From: a virus
Virus record (IMG/VR): IMGVR_UViG_3300010403_000005
Location: 1 to 61,643 of that record
Length of the DNA stretch: 61,643 nt
Strand: one strand, 5' to 3'
Numbering within the stretch: position 1 is the first letter of the stretch; each line of letters begins with the position of its first letter. Shown in pieces: positions 34,208 to 41,987 of the stretch. Both the position numbers and the translations under genes were made by a program. A model generated the notes under the pieces. The model saw only the letters and a list, made by a program, of their open reading frames with translations. It was not told the DNA's origin and searched no databases.

Positions 34208-36438
34208 TTCGCCTCCGCCCAGTTCGGACCGATGCCCAGCTCCCACAGGATCGGCACCTTGAAATCGTAGTACTGAGTGTTGAGCAGCTCGCGGACTTCC
34301 GGAGCGCGGCCTGCCTCCTGCAACTCTGTGTCCACCTCGTCGTGGACGGTGAAGAGCGGCAGCATCCCCAGCGACCGTCGCTCCTTGTGGATCTCGATCA
34401 GCACGCGCTTGTTGACGTCGCCCTCCGTGCCCTGAATGATCCGGTTCAGCGCGGAGTAGTGACGGTCGTGCGGGCCGAACCGCGCACGGCGGCCAAGGTA
34501 CGTGCGTACGTGGCCCCGGTGCTGGAAGCCCTGCCGGTAGAAGTTCCGGCACGCTCGACCACAACCCCGGTCACCACGTTTGTGGTCAGGCATGGCCAGA
34601 TGGCTGGTCAGCGCGAGCAAGGGCTTTACCTCGGGGAACATCGAGTGGTAGGTCTCCGAGATGCCGACCACCTCTTGGAACAAAGGCCCACCGACCTCGT
34701 GCGTCCGGCCATCGCGCACTGCCTCACCCCACTCCGCCTGCGATGGGATCTGGTCCGCTGGTACGCCGATCTGCGAGGCCATCTTGGGGATGCCAGCACC
34801 GAAGACCTGCGCGAAGTTCACGTTCTTCGTGTGCGTGCGGTTCAGTTCCTTCTTGGCCATCTGCAGGATGAGATCCTGCACAGCCTCGTGATAGTCCGTG
34901 AGCTTGTCGTCCTTGGTGAGCGGCAGGCCCTGACGCATCTTCTCTTCGGCTCGCGCAAGGATCTCACGCCAGTCGTTGTCGCGTCTGTACGCCTCGATCA
35001 GGTGAGGCGAGTTGCCGTAGTGCGCGAAAAGCCGGAACTGGAACTGGCTGGCGTCGGCCTTCAGCCACACGGCTCCGGGCTGACGCGGCTTGAACAGGGA
35101 CTTGATGATGTACTTCCGGGTGAACCCGGTGTACTCGCCGGTGACCTTGTCCTTGGTGCCCTGCTGCTTCTTGACGCCGATCACCTGCTGGATGTTGGCC
35201 CCTTCATCCTTGCTCGGGGCCGCGCTGGAGAAGCGTCCGCTGACGGCTCCACCTCCACCCTCCTCGTCGTCCTGATATGGCAGCTGGTGCAGCTCGTAGC
35301 GCAGGATGCCATCGCGGGCGGTCGAGCGCTGGTACTTCAGCAGGAACTTCGACAGCAGGCTGGCGAGCGCGGTGGCCTCTCGCAGGTCGTGGATCACGGT
35401 CCGCTGCAGTTCCGTGGTGCCCGCAGCATGCTGGACGTCCGCGAGCAGGGAGTCCGCGAAGCTCACGGATGGCCCTTCCTCATTCTCGACCGTGTCCGGG
35501 TCGATGGGCGGCCGGAGCCCGAGCACGCCGAAGAGCCGCAGCAGGTCCGCCCGGTTGGTAGGCGAGATCATGGAGACGCCCGTGGCCCGTGCGATACGCC
35601 ACATGGCGTTGTCGAGATCCTGCTTGGCTTCCTTGCACCAGCGGTTCAGGGTCTCGACGTCGAGGAAGGCACCGTTGTGCTCCATCTCGACTACGACCGG
35701 GATGATCGCGTCCTCGATCTCGCGGACCCGGTGCAGGTCTTGCTCGGTCAGCTGCGGCCACATGACCTGTTCGAGCATGGCTACGATGGCCACGTCACTC
35801 TCGGCACGAGCAGCCACGAGCCCCGGAGGGTAGCTGGCGAACCGTTTAGGATCAAGCTCGTAGCCGTGCGAGGACTTCACCTTGCAGTCCTCGACTGGGA
35901 TGATGCCCGGAGCCGCGAGGAACTCCAGCGCGAGATCTTCCTGATTGAAGAGCCGCCGGTGATCGTCCAGCAGGGCCGCGTAGTGCGCCACGTCACCGAA
36001 GGTGCAGCCCTGCGTCTCAAGGTCCACGCCGTCTTCCCGCATCGTGTGCAGGTCGAACTTCGTGCGGATGTTGACCACCCGCTTGCCGCGCACCTCGCGC
36101 TGGAGCCAGCGCACGAACGTATCAACGGGGATGTTCTGGCTGCCTTGGTGCCGTACCGGGAAGTACCGCGTCTTGCCGTCCGGCGTCCAGAGCCCGGCTC
36201 CGATCATCCGGTCGCCATCCCACCAGCGCAGACCCGTGGTTTCAAGATCGATGATGACCTTGTCGAAGGCGTCGAGCTGCGGCAGTTCGGGTATGCGCCA
36301 GTCGGCCACCGACTCGTGCATCCGGCGGACGCGTGCTTCCTCCATGCGCTGCAGCATTTCCTGCTTGCCGGTCAGCGCTGGGCCGACCGAGCGCACGGTA
36401 GCCACGTCTCCGTCGAGGAAGGAAGGCTGCTCGTTCAT
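34204..36438 (-). CDS. Family A DNA polymerase with an N-terminal 3'-5' exonuclease domain
   Basis: ExoI IIDLETTG, motif A KADASQFQFR, motif B THTKNVNFAQVFGAG, motif C FTVHDEVD. Start MNEQPSF at 36438 (ATGA overlap). Confidence 0.9.
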   Translation of the reverse strand: MNEQPSFLDGDVATVRSVGPALTGKQEMLQRMEEARVRRMHESVADWRIPELPQLDAFDKVIIDLETTGLRWWDGDRMIGAGLWTPDGKTRYFPVRHQGSQNIPVDTFVRWLQREVRGKRVVNIRTKFDLHTMREDGVDLETQGCTFGDVAHYAALLDDHRRLFNQEDLALEFLAAPGIIPVEDCKVKSSHGYELDPKRFASYPPGLVAARAESDVAIVAMLEQVMWPQLTEQDLHRVREIEDAIIPVVVEMEHNGAFLDVETLNRWCKEAKQDLDNAMWRIARATGVSMISPTNRADLLRLFGVLGLRPPIDPDTVENEEGPSVSFADSLLADVQHAAGTTELQRTVIHDLREATALASLLSKFLLKYQRSTARDGILRYELHQLPYQDDEEGGGGAVSGRFSSAAPSKDEGANIQQVIGVKKQQGTKDKVTGEYTGFTRKYIIKSLFKPRQPGAVWLKADASQFQFRLFAHYGNSPHLIEAYRRDNDWREILARAEEKMRQGLPLTKDDKLTDYHEAVQDLILQMAKKELNRTHTKNVNFAQVFGAGIPKMASQIGVPADQIPSQAEWGEAVRDGRTHEVGGPLFQEVVGISETYHSMFPEVKPLLALTSHLAMPDHKRGDRGCGRACRNFYRQGFQHRGHVRTYLGRRARFGPHDRHYSALNRIIQGTEGDVNKRVLIEIHKERRSLGMLPLFTVHDEVDTELQEAGRAPEVRELLNTQYYDFKVPILWELGIGPNWAEAK

Positions 36439-36944
36439 CGAATGGCCGGGAGGGCGTCCTTCTCGTAGTCGAACACGACCGTGGCCCACGGAGCCGTTTT
36501 CGTGAACTCGTCGTACGCCTGCTGCAGAAACTCCGGCGTCTGGTAGCCCGGCCGCTCGCGGCCTTCGCGTGTGACGTTGGCCAGCGTCGTCTCAAAGGTC
36601 GGTAGGCAGAGGATCACCGGCACGTGGCGTCCGCGCAGGTAGTCGTTCAGCATGCGGAGCATGCCCTCGTCCAGCGTCTGCTTGCCGCGCAGGATGGGAC
36701 CATAGACCATCTCCGAGAGGTGGAAGCGGTCGTAGGCGATCTTGGTCAGCCCGGCCTGCTCCTCGGTGTCGGCCGTGATGATCTTCTTGACGTAGGCCAT
36801 CAGCGGCGGATCGCCGTTGGCCCAGCCCTGTTCGGTCGTGCCTCCGACGCCACCAGTTACTGACTTCAGCGACCGCCGTTCGAAGCCGAGCCGCTTGATG
36901 AGTTCTGTCTTGCCCGAGCCGTCTGGCCCTTCCACTATGATCAT
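36435..36944 (-). CDS. P-loop kinase (thymidylate/dNMP-kinase-like; polynucleotide kinase not excluded)
   Basis: MIIVEGPDGSGKTELIKRLG. ATGA overlaps on both sides. Confidence 0.65.
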   Translation of the reverse strand: MIIVEGPDGSGKTELIKRLGFERRSLKSVTGGVGGTTEQGWANGDPPLMAYVKKIITADTEEQAGLTKIAYDRFHLSEMVYGPILRGKQTLDEGMLRMLNDYLRGRHVPVILCLPTFETTLANVTREGRERPGYQTPEFLQQAYDEFTKTAPWATVVFDYEKDALPAIR

Positions 36945-37555
36945 CGAGCCTCCTTGTGGCCGTCGCCGTCGAGCGTGTACTTGTAGAGCGTGCTGCTCGC
37001 GGTGTGGAAGAGCACGACTCCTTCCGGATTCATGAAGCCGGGTGCTGCCACCGAGCCGAGCGACTTCAGCCGCTCGATCACCGTGGAAAGGTGCTCGCGG
37101 ACGGCACCAAGGCCGGTGTGCTGCAGAAGCACTGGAACCACCGAGCACGGCACTCCCTCCGGCACGCCATCCTTGTAACGATGCACGTTGAAGAGGCTGA
37201 ACCGCTTGTCGCCCTGCGGCAGGCCGTAGCCGCGCTGGATGCCGTTGCCCCTCCACTCACCGTAGTGTCGGCCGGGGCCGAGTCGGAAGAGCATCTCGGA
37301 ATGTTCCTGCACCCAGCGAGCGAAGCCGAAGTTGTCGCGGTCCGGGGTGATGTATCGGCTACGCGATCCGGCAAGCATGACATACCCTGTCTCCGGATGC
37401 GTAGCGAGCACGAACTCGGCATTACGCACGAGATCTAGACCGGCTTCCTTGCTCGGATCGCAGATCTCGATCTGCGCGTTGGTGCCGTCGATCTTCTCTG
37501 TGATCACCACAGTGCGGTCGAAGCGGGCGATCTTAGGGAACTCGGTGAAGCTCAT
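36941..37555 (-). CDS. ATP-dependent RNA ligase family (Rnl2/PF09414-like nucleotidyltransferase)
   Basis: Motif I VITEKIDGTNAQI, and later ..GEWRGNGIQ... 204 aa. Start MSFTEFPKI at 37555. Confidence 0.7.
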   Translation of the reverse strand: MSFTEFPKIARFDRTVVITEKIDGTNAQIEICDPSKEAGLDLVRNAEFVLATHPETGYVMLAGSRSRYITPDRDNFGFARWVQEHSEMLFRLGPGRHYGEWRGNGIQRGYGLPQGDKRFSLFNVHRYKDGVPEGVPCSVVPVLLQHTGLGAVREHLSTVIERLKSLGSVAAPGFMNPEGVVLFHTASSTLYKYTLDGDGHKEAR

Positions 37556-38007
37556 CTCTCCTCCTTGGTGCGTCCGAGGATGTAGTCCGGCCGCCGGGCT
37601 GCGTTGGGTGGGCACACAGCGATCATGCGCCAGCCCGCGTCCAGTTCTTTCTGTAGTAGATCGGTGCAGTAGTCCTCGCAGACCTTGACCTCCGTCATAG
37701 CGAGGAGGCCGATGTGGGGAATGGATATCTGCACTGTACATCTTTCCCCGGTCGGAAGCAATGCCTGCAGCGGCATGGCCCCTTTGAAGTTGACGACCAC
37801 GAACTCGATCCCGAGGGCGGTCAGCTTCGGGCCATCGGTCTCCATGTCAATCAGCGGGTCGGTCGGCCACGCGTAGAGCCGACCAGCGTTCGCCTCGTCC
37901 ACGTTCGTGTTGAAGATCTCGTTGAGGGCCGTGCGGCCCTCCGGCGTGGACGCGACTTGAATCATCGCGTCCTGAGCCGGGTAGCCGAACTTGATGCGGG
38001 CGATCAC
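37552..38007 (-). CDS. Hypothetical 151-aa protein
   Basis: ORF track entry, coupled on both sides. Confidence 0.65.
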   Translation of the reverse strand: MIARIKFGYPAQDAMIQVASTPEGRTALNEIFNTNVDEANAGRLYAWPTDPLIDMETDGPKLTALGIEFVVVNFKGAMPLQALLPTGERCTVQISIPHIGLLAMTEVKVCEDYCTDLLQKELDAGWRMIAVCPPNAARRPDYILGRTKEER

Positions 38008-38526
38008 GCTTCATCTCCTCGCATCTGCTGCATGGCGCGGTCGGCCACGACCGCCATGCCGAGCTTCCGAGCGGTCCGCCGTAGGACAGCCAATTCCATC
38101 CGGTTGTCGGGCGTGCCTCGGAAGAGATGAGCCGGGTTCAGGCAGGCACCCTTGGCCGTGCTGCTGTGCCCGTTCCGGCCACACGAGTGCAGCAGGTCTT
38201 CGTGTCCTCGCAGGTCCGGACCCTGCGCGGGTACGACGTGGGTGATCCGCCAGACCACTCGCGTGACCTTGATCATGACCCGGTCCTGTTCGCCCGCCAC
38301 GCGCACGGTGACGTTGCGCTCGGTCGGATCGTCCGGTGACCAGAGCAGGCAGGGGGAGCGAAGCGCAGAAGGCGTCGAACTCAGCCACCGAGCACCGGCC
38401 AAAACAGATGTCGTTGGCCTTGTCGAAGACCGCCTTGAGCAGTTGAGGTTGATCGACGCTGTGCAGCAGTTCGGCAATGACCTGCTTGTCGATCCGGAAG
38501 TTGTGAGTGTCTCGGCCTCTAGCCAT
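38004..38526 (-). CDS. HNH endonuclease split by a 1-nt frameshift at a C5 run
   Basis: The N-terminal part MARGRDTHNF...AEFDAFCAS is in the frame of 38011-38526. The C-terminal part CLLWSPDD...HSCGRNGHSSTAKGACLNPAHLFRGTPDNR is in the frame of 38004-38477. Deleting one C of the run at 38352-38356 joins them. Confidence 0.65.
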
Positions 38527-39616
38527 CGATGTGCTCCTTCAGGAATCCGTTCTGTTTGAGTCGTGACACCAGCGAGGCCGGGAACTGCACGCCCAGCTCG
38601 GTGAGCCTTGGCCCAAGGGCCTCGCAGATCTCACCACTCGTCAGTGCCTTCCGGTCATTCACCGTGCCGAACAGGTCGTGGACTGCTTGGGCGGCCTCCG
38701 ACTTCGGCCAGTCGTCGTCCTTGCCGAGGCAGAGGGCGACGCGCCGCTTGGCTGGTGGAGCGGTGCGCTTGGCGCGTGGTTCGGGCGGGCCTTGCGGAGG
38801 CACGCTTCGCACGTGTCGATCTCCGGGTACGGTTCCTCCCTGCACGCGTTCATCGACAGGATCATCCACCGGCCGCAGAGGCTCCGGCCCTCCCTGAAGA
38901 AGTGCTGCCGGGTCGCGTTGATCAGAAAGTTCCAGCCCTGCTTGATAGGCATTCTTCTCCTCCGCGTAGGTTTTGAACTTGTCGCCCCGGCGGTAGAACG
39001 CACCGATGAAGGAGCCTTCCGAGTCGGAGTAGACGAAGACCGACTCTTCCTTCCCGGTCGTGACTGCCGCGATGGCTTTCGCGTGCGCCTGCTCGGCGTT
39101 GAATGGTCCCTGCACCCGCTCGGCCTTGCTCCCCTCGGAGCCGACGAGTGAGTACGGCCCGCGATGCCGCATGTAGATCTCGAAGAAACTGCGCGTGGGC
39201 ATGTCGAGTCTCCAGTTGAATGATGTCAGGAGCGGTTCGAGCGCGTGGATGAAGCCCCAGCCGTGGCCCATCTTCTTCCGGCGAGCGTGGTCGAATACGT
39301 GCGCTGCCTCGTGGAGCACGAGCCCTACCCGCAGGCGGCCGGTCTCCGGCCGGGGCAGGCTGATCCGATATGGCAGTCGATTGCGCGTGTTCGGAGCGTA
39401 GGCGTGGCCCCGGCGGCTGCCGAAGATCAGAGCGGTCTCCGGCATCGAGCAGAAGCGCTGGAGCCGGTCGAGAATCGCTTGCGCCTGTTCCGGGGTACAC
39501 AGAGTGGCGTGCGACTCGATCAAATGGTGGAGAAAGTGTTTCTCCCCGGCTCGACGCAATACGCCCTCGTACTCGGCGCGGCGAGTCAGCTTCACCAGTA
39601 GGCGTGCGCTGATCAA
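38519..39616 (-). CDS. HExxH metalloprotease-like N-terminal domain, low-complexity middle and winged-helix-like C-terminus (365-aa open frame, TTG start)
   Basis: VGLVLHEAAHVFDH. The C-terminus reads LTSGEICEALGPRLTELGVQFPASLVSRLKQNGFL. The codon bias of the middle ~190 nt favours another frame. Confidence 0.55.
   Translation of the reverse strand: MISARLLVKLTRRAEYEGVLRRAGEKHFLHHLIESHATLCTPEQAQAILDRLQRFCSMPETALIFGSRRGHAYAPNTRNRLPYRISLPRPETGRLRVGLVLHEAAHVFDHARRKKMGHGWGFIHALEPLLTSFNWRLDMPTRSFFEIYMRHRGPYSLVGSEGSKAERVQGPFNAEQAHAKAIAAVTTGKEESVFVYSDSEGSFIGAFYRRGDKFKTYAEEKNAYQAGLELSDQRDPAALLQGGPEPLRPVDDPVDERVQGGTVPGDRHVRSVPPQGPPEPRAKRTAPPAKRRVALCLGKDDDWPKSEAAQAVHDLFGTVNDRKALTSGEICEALGPRLTELGVQFPASLVSRLKQNGFLKEHIDG
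38659..38952 (-). CDS. ORF nested in the +1 frame inside 38519-39616: Cys-motif (zinc-ribbon-like) protein
   Basis: GGAGGAG-AAGA-ATG at 38952. Translation gives MPIKQGWNFLINATRQHFFREGRSLCGRWMILSMNACREEPYPEIDTCEACLRKARPNH. Third-position G/C is about 56/60 here versus about 30/60 in the host frame. Confidence 0.5.
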   Translation of the reverse strand: MPIKQGWNFLINATRQHFFREGRSLCGRWMILSMNACREEPYPEIDTCEACLRKARPNHAPSAPLHQPSGASPSASARTTTGRSRRPPKQSTTCSAR

Positions 39617-39809
39617 GCGTGCTGGCCTTCGCGGAGGTTCAAACGGGCAGCGACCAGTCGGTCGCGTGCGTGGTCACCGGTCGGCTGCAGCGGGTGGCGG
39701 TTGGTGCGCTCCTTCAGGATGTCGCGGAGCAGCGTCCGCACCACGACCGGGCCGCCGGTCAGGTCCAACGCGTGCAGCGTGGTGGTGATTCGTCGGTCGA
39801 GAGGGTTCA
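39613..39809 (-). CDS. Hypothetical 65-aa protein
   Basis: GTG 39809 (GTGA overlap). The stop overlaps the TTG start of the next gene. Confidence 0.5.
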
Positions 39810-39989
39810 CTTGGTCTCCTTCTCGTACTTGGTGGCCGCGAGATCTTCCATCTTCTTGGTGCAGGCCGGGCACATCGAGTGGCTGACTTCGTTGCCCGCC
39901 TCGATGGCGGCCTTGGTCTTCTCGCGGGCGTCGGGGCACCAACCGCACACTACCACAAGCGGCTTCGTAGGTTTCTGGTTTTGGCTCAT
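39807..39989 (-). CDS. First leftward gene: 60-aa zinc-ribbon protein
   Basis: MSQNQKPTKPLVVVCGWCPD...SMCPACTKK. The ATG lies 13 nt downstream of a -12-like element. Confidence 0.65.
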   Translation of the reverse strand: MSQNQKPTKPLVVVCGWCPDAREKTKAAIEAGNEVSHSMCPACTKKMEDLAATKYEKETK

Positions 39990-40000
39990 GCCCTTCCATT

Positions 40001-40018
40001 GTGCAACCGGTGTGCCAA
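40001..40018 (-). promoter_or_regulatory. Sigma-54-type -24/-12 element (proximal leftward)
   Basis: The minus strand reads TTGGCACACCGGTTGCAC, followed by 13 nt and then ATG 39989. Confidence 0.6.
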
Positions 40019-40055
40019 TGGAGATCCCGCGTAAGTGCTAGACGGCTGAGCCTCC

Positions 40056-40073
40056 GTGCAAGCCGTGTGCCAA
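40056..40073 (-). promoter_or_regulatory. Sigma-54-type -24/-12 element (distal leftward, tandem copy)
   Basis: The minus strand reads TTGGCACACGGCTTGCAC. It matches the proximal copy at 16 of 18 positions. Confidence 0.5.
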
Positions 40074-40179
40074 CAAGTGCGCTACAGATGTGAGACGGAA
40101 TCTCGGAATCGGTCACTTCGGGCTGGCCCCAGTCTAGGTCAGATGCGGCGTTTCTGGCCCAATTGCGCCACATCCGGGC

Positions 40180-40196
40180 TTGGCACGGACCGTGCT
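40180..40196 (+). promoter_or_regulatory. Sigma-54-type -24/-12 element (rightward)
   Basis: TTGGCACGGACCGTGCT (one mismatch: GTGC for TTGC), followed by 13 nt and then ATG 40209. Confidence 0.55.
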
Positions 40197-40208
40197 GTAA
40201 GGAAGGGC

Positions 40209-40427
40209 ATGCGAAAGACCTACGGACGCGGACGCGGTGGGATGAACCGGGCCGAGAAGCTCGCCCGGAAGACCGAGTGGAACAAGGCGATCAGCGAGGG
40301 CCGAGTGGTGAACTTCGGAGAAACGGTTCGGTCCTACAACAGCGCGGAGGCCGCCCGGATCGCCTGCGAGGCGGCCAAGGCGGATGGCTTCGACGCCTTC
40401 ATCGTTCCGGCGGAGTTGGCCCAGTGA
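40209..40427 (+). CDS. First rightward gene, hypothetical 72 aa
   Basis: MRKTYGRGRGGMNRAEKLARK... An alternative start is ATG 40242. Confidence 0.6.
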   Translation: MRKTYGRGRGGMNRAEKLARKTEWNKAISEGRVVNFGETVRSYNSAEAARIACEAAKADGFDAFIVPAELAQ

Positions 40428-40615
40428 GCGGCAAGACGCCCTCCGCCGGGGAGTACGTGCAGGATCGCATCGGCCACTGGTACAAGGTGCTCGCGGTCCT
40501 CGCGGGCGGGTTCCGGTTCCGGGTGCAGGCCGTCCGGGCGGACGGAGGGATGCCCACGCAGTTCACCTACGGCCAGCCGGTGGTGGTTGGCCGCTCAGAC
40601 TTGAGGATCGACTGA
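40424..40615 (+). CDS. Hypothetical 63 aa
   Basis: GTG 40424 in a GTGA overlap. Confidence 0.5.
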   Translation: MSGKTPSAGEYVQDRIGHWYKVLAVLAGGFRFRVQAVRADGGMPTQFTYGQPVVVGRSDLRID

Positions 40616-40881
40616 TGAAGAAGATGCCGACCGCAGCGCAGATCAAGGACGCCCTCCACGTGGATGTGGCGTCGGTGAAGCAGGGCGTCTACACCGTGCG
40701 GAAGGGCTTCTTCTACCGCAACGGTTACACGGAGGACAAGCTGGCCGACCGGGTGCGCGAGACCTATCCGCAGGCCACGATCATCGACCGGGGCGAGGTG
40801 TGGAAGGCCTTTCGCGGAGGCGCAACGGTCTCGCAGGGCTCCCACTGGTTCGTGAAGTTCACGCTGCCGAAGGAGGCGTAG
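40615..40881 (+). CDS. Hypothetical 88 aa
   Basis: ATG 40615 in a TGATG overlap. Translation begins MKKMPTAAQIKDALH... Confidence 0.6.
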   Translation: MKKMPTAAQIKDALHVDVASVKQGVYTVRKGFFYRNGYTEDKLADRVRETYPQATIIDRGEVWKAFRGGATVSQGSHWFVKFTLPKEA

Positions 40882-40882
40882 A

Positions 40883-41263
40883 GTGGCTTTCGTTGTTCGA
40901 CGTTTCAGTTCAGACGAGGTGCTCGCCCGCACGGTGACACGGGAAGCTGCCGAGTCGTTTGTAGATGACTACGTCACCGAGCACGGTGGCGTCCTGATGA
41001 TCGAGGAGGAACCGATGGTGGAACTGGGCGAGGTAAAAGGTCTCACCCGCCAACAGGCCGCAGCAGCGCTGGAAGTCATCGCGCTGGTCGGACAGCTGGT
41101 CAAGGAGTCTCCGAATGGCGAGGTGCCCTCCGGCGAACTCTACGCCCGGCTGATGGATAAGTTCAGCCTTGAAACCTACGAACGGATGATCAAGGTGCTC
41201 ATCCGCAGCGGTCTGATCGAGCGCAAGTTTCACCTGCTGCGGTGGATTGGAGATAAGGCATGA
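40883..41263 (+). CDS. Hypothetical 126 aa
   Basis: ORF track entry (GTG start). Confidence 0.6.
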   Translation: MAFVVRRFSSDEVLARTVTREAAESFVDDYVTEHGGVLMIEEEPMVELGEVKGLTRQQAAAALEVIALVGQLVKESPNGEVPSGELYARLMDKFSLETYERMIKVLIRSGLIERKFHLLRWIGDKA

Positions 41264-41547
41264 GGATCAAGGAAGGCACGAAGCTCGAACTCGCCGTACG
41301 CACCACGCACGGCAGCCGGAAGTTCCCGCTCGATCAGGGGTGCGCCAGCTGCGCTGGCCCCGACAACCAGCGGAGCAACTGGCTCTCGCTGGAGATCACC
41401 GAGCAGGGCCAGATGCGCGGAGTGCCCAAGCGTGTCCTGCTGAACATCGACATCCCGCTCGATGAGTTCGGGCAGATGTTTTCGAACGGCGGCCACGCTC
41501 GCGGCATCGTCGGCTGGACTCTCGACGGCAAACGGAGGAAGGGATGA
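41260..41547 (+). CDS. Hypothetical 95 aa
   Basis: ORF track entry with an ATGA overlap. Confidence 0.6.
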   Translation: MRIKEGTKLELAVRTTHGSRKFPLDQGCASCAGPDNQRSNWLSLEITEQGQMRGVPKRVLLNIDIPLDEFGQMFSNGGHARGIVGWTLDGKRRKG

Positions 41548-41777
41548 CGCTCACCACCAAGAAGATCACGTTCGGCAAGCAGCCCTTCGTAGCCTCGCGG
41601 GTCGTGCCGGTCAACGCACCCCGCGTCGTGCTGGAGGACGCGGACCGCTTCCGCGAGGAGTGGAAAGCCGACCGGACCGTGGACGTCCGGGCCTTCAGCC
41701 GCAACGTCCGGGCCGGAGGGTGCTCGACGGCCGTCGTGGTCATCGTCGTCCGGCGGAAGGTGACTCCGGCCGAGTGA
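41544..41777 (+). CDS. Hypothetical 77 aa
   Basis: ORF track entry with an ATGA overlap. Confidence 0.55.
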   Translation: MTLTTKKITFGKQPFVASRVVPVNAPRVVLEDADRFREEWKADRTVDVRAFSRNVRAGGCSTAVVVIVVRRKVTPAE

Positions 41778-41803
41778 CGATAAGTGTCAGCTCGGACCGC
41801 CGG

Positions 41804-41840
41804 GTGACAAACATTGTTTTTCACCTGACGATTCTTGTCA
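41804..41840. promoter_or_regulatory. Operator-like inverted repeats in a low-GC gap
   Basis: GTGACAAACATTGTTTTTCAC (41804-41824, one mismatch) is followed by TGACGATTCTTGTCA (41826-41840). Confidence 0.4.
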
Positions 41841-41958
41841 GCCGGGAGTGGCTCATTTTGAACATTTGAGTCACCCCGGTTTGACCTAGAACGAGACACT
41901 CAGGCCCCATTGGGCCGGAAAGCGGGCCGGATACCGGCCTGAACACGCGAGATCCGAG

Positions 41959-41975
41959 TTGGCATGCCGGTTGCT
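41959..41975 (+). promoter_or_regulatory. Sigma-54-type -24/-12 element (internal rightward)
   Basis: TTGGCATGCCGGTTGCT, followed by 13 nt (GTATGAACGGGC preceded by T) and then ATG 41988. Confidence 0.55.
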
Positions 41976-41987
41976 GTATGAACGGGC

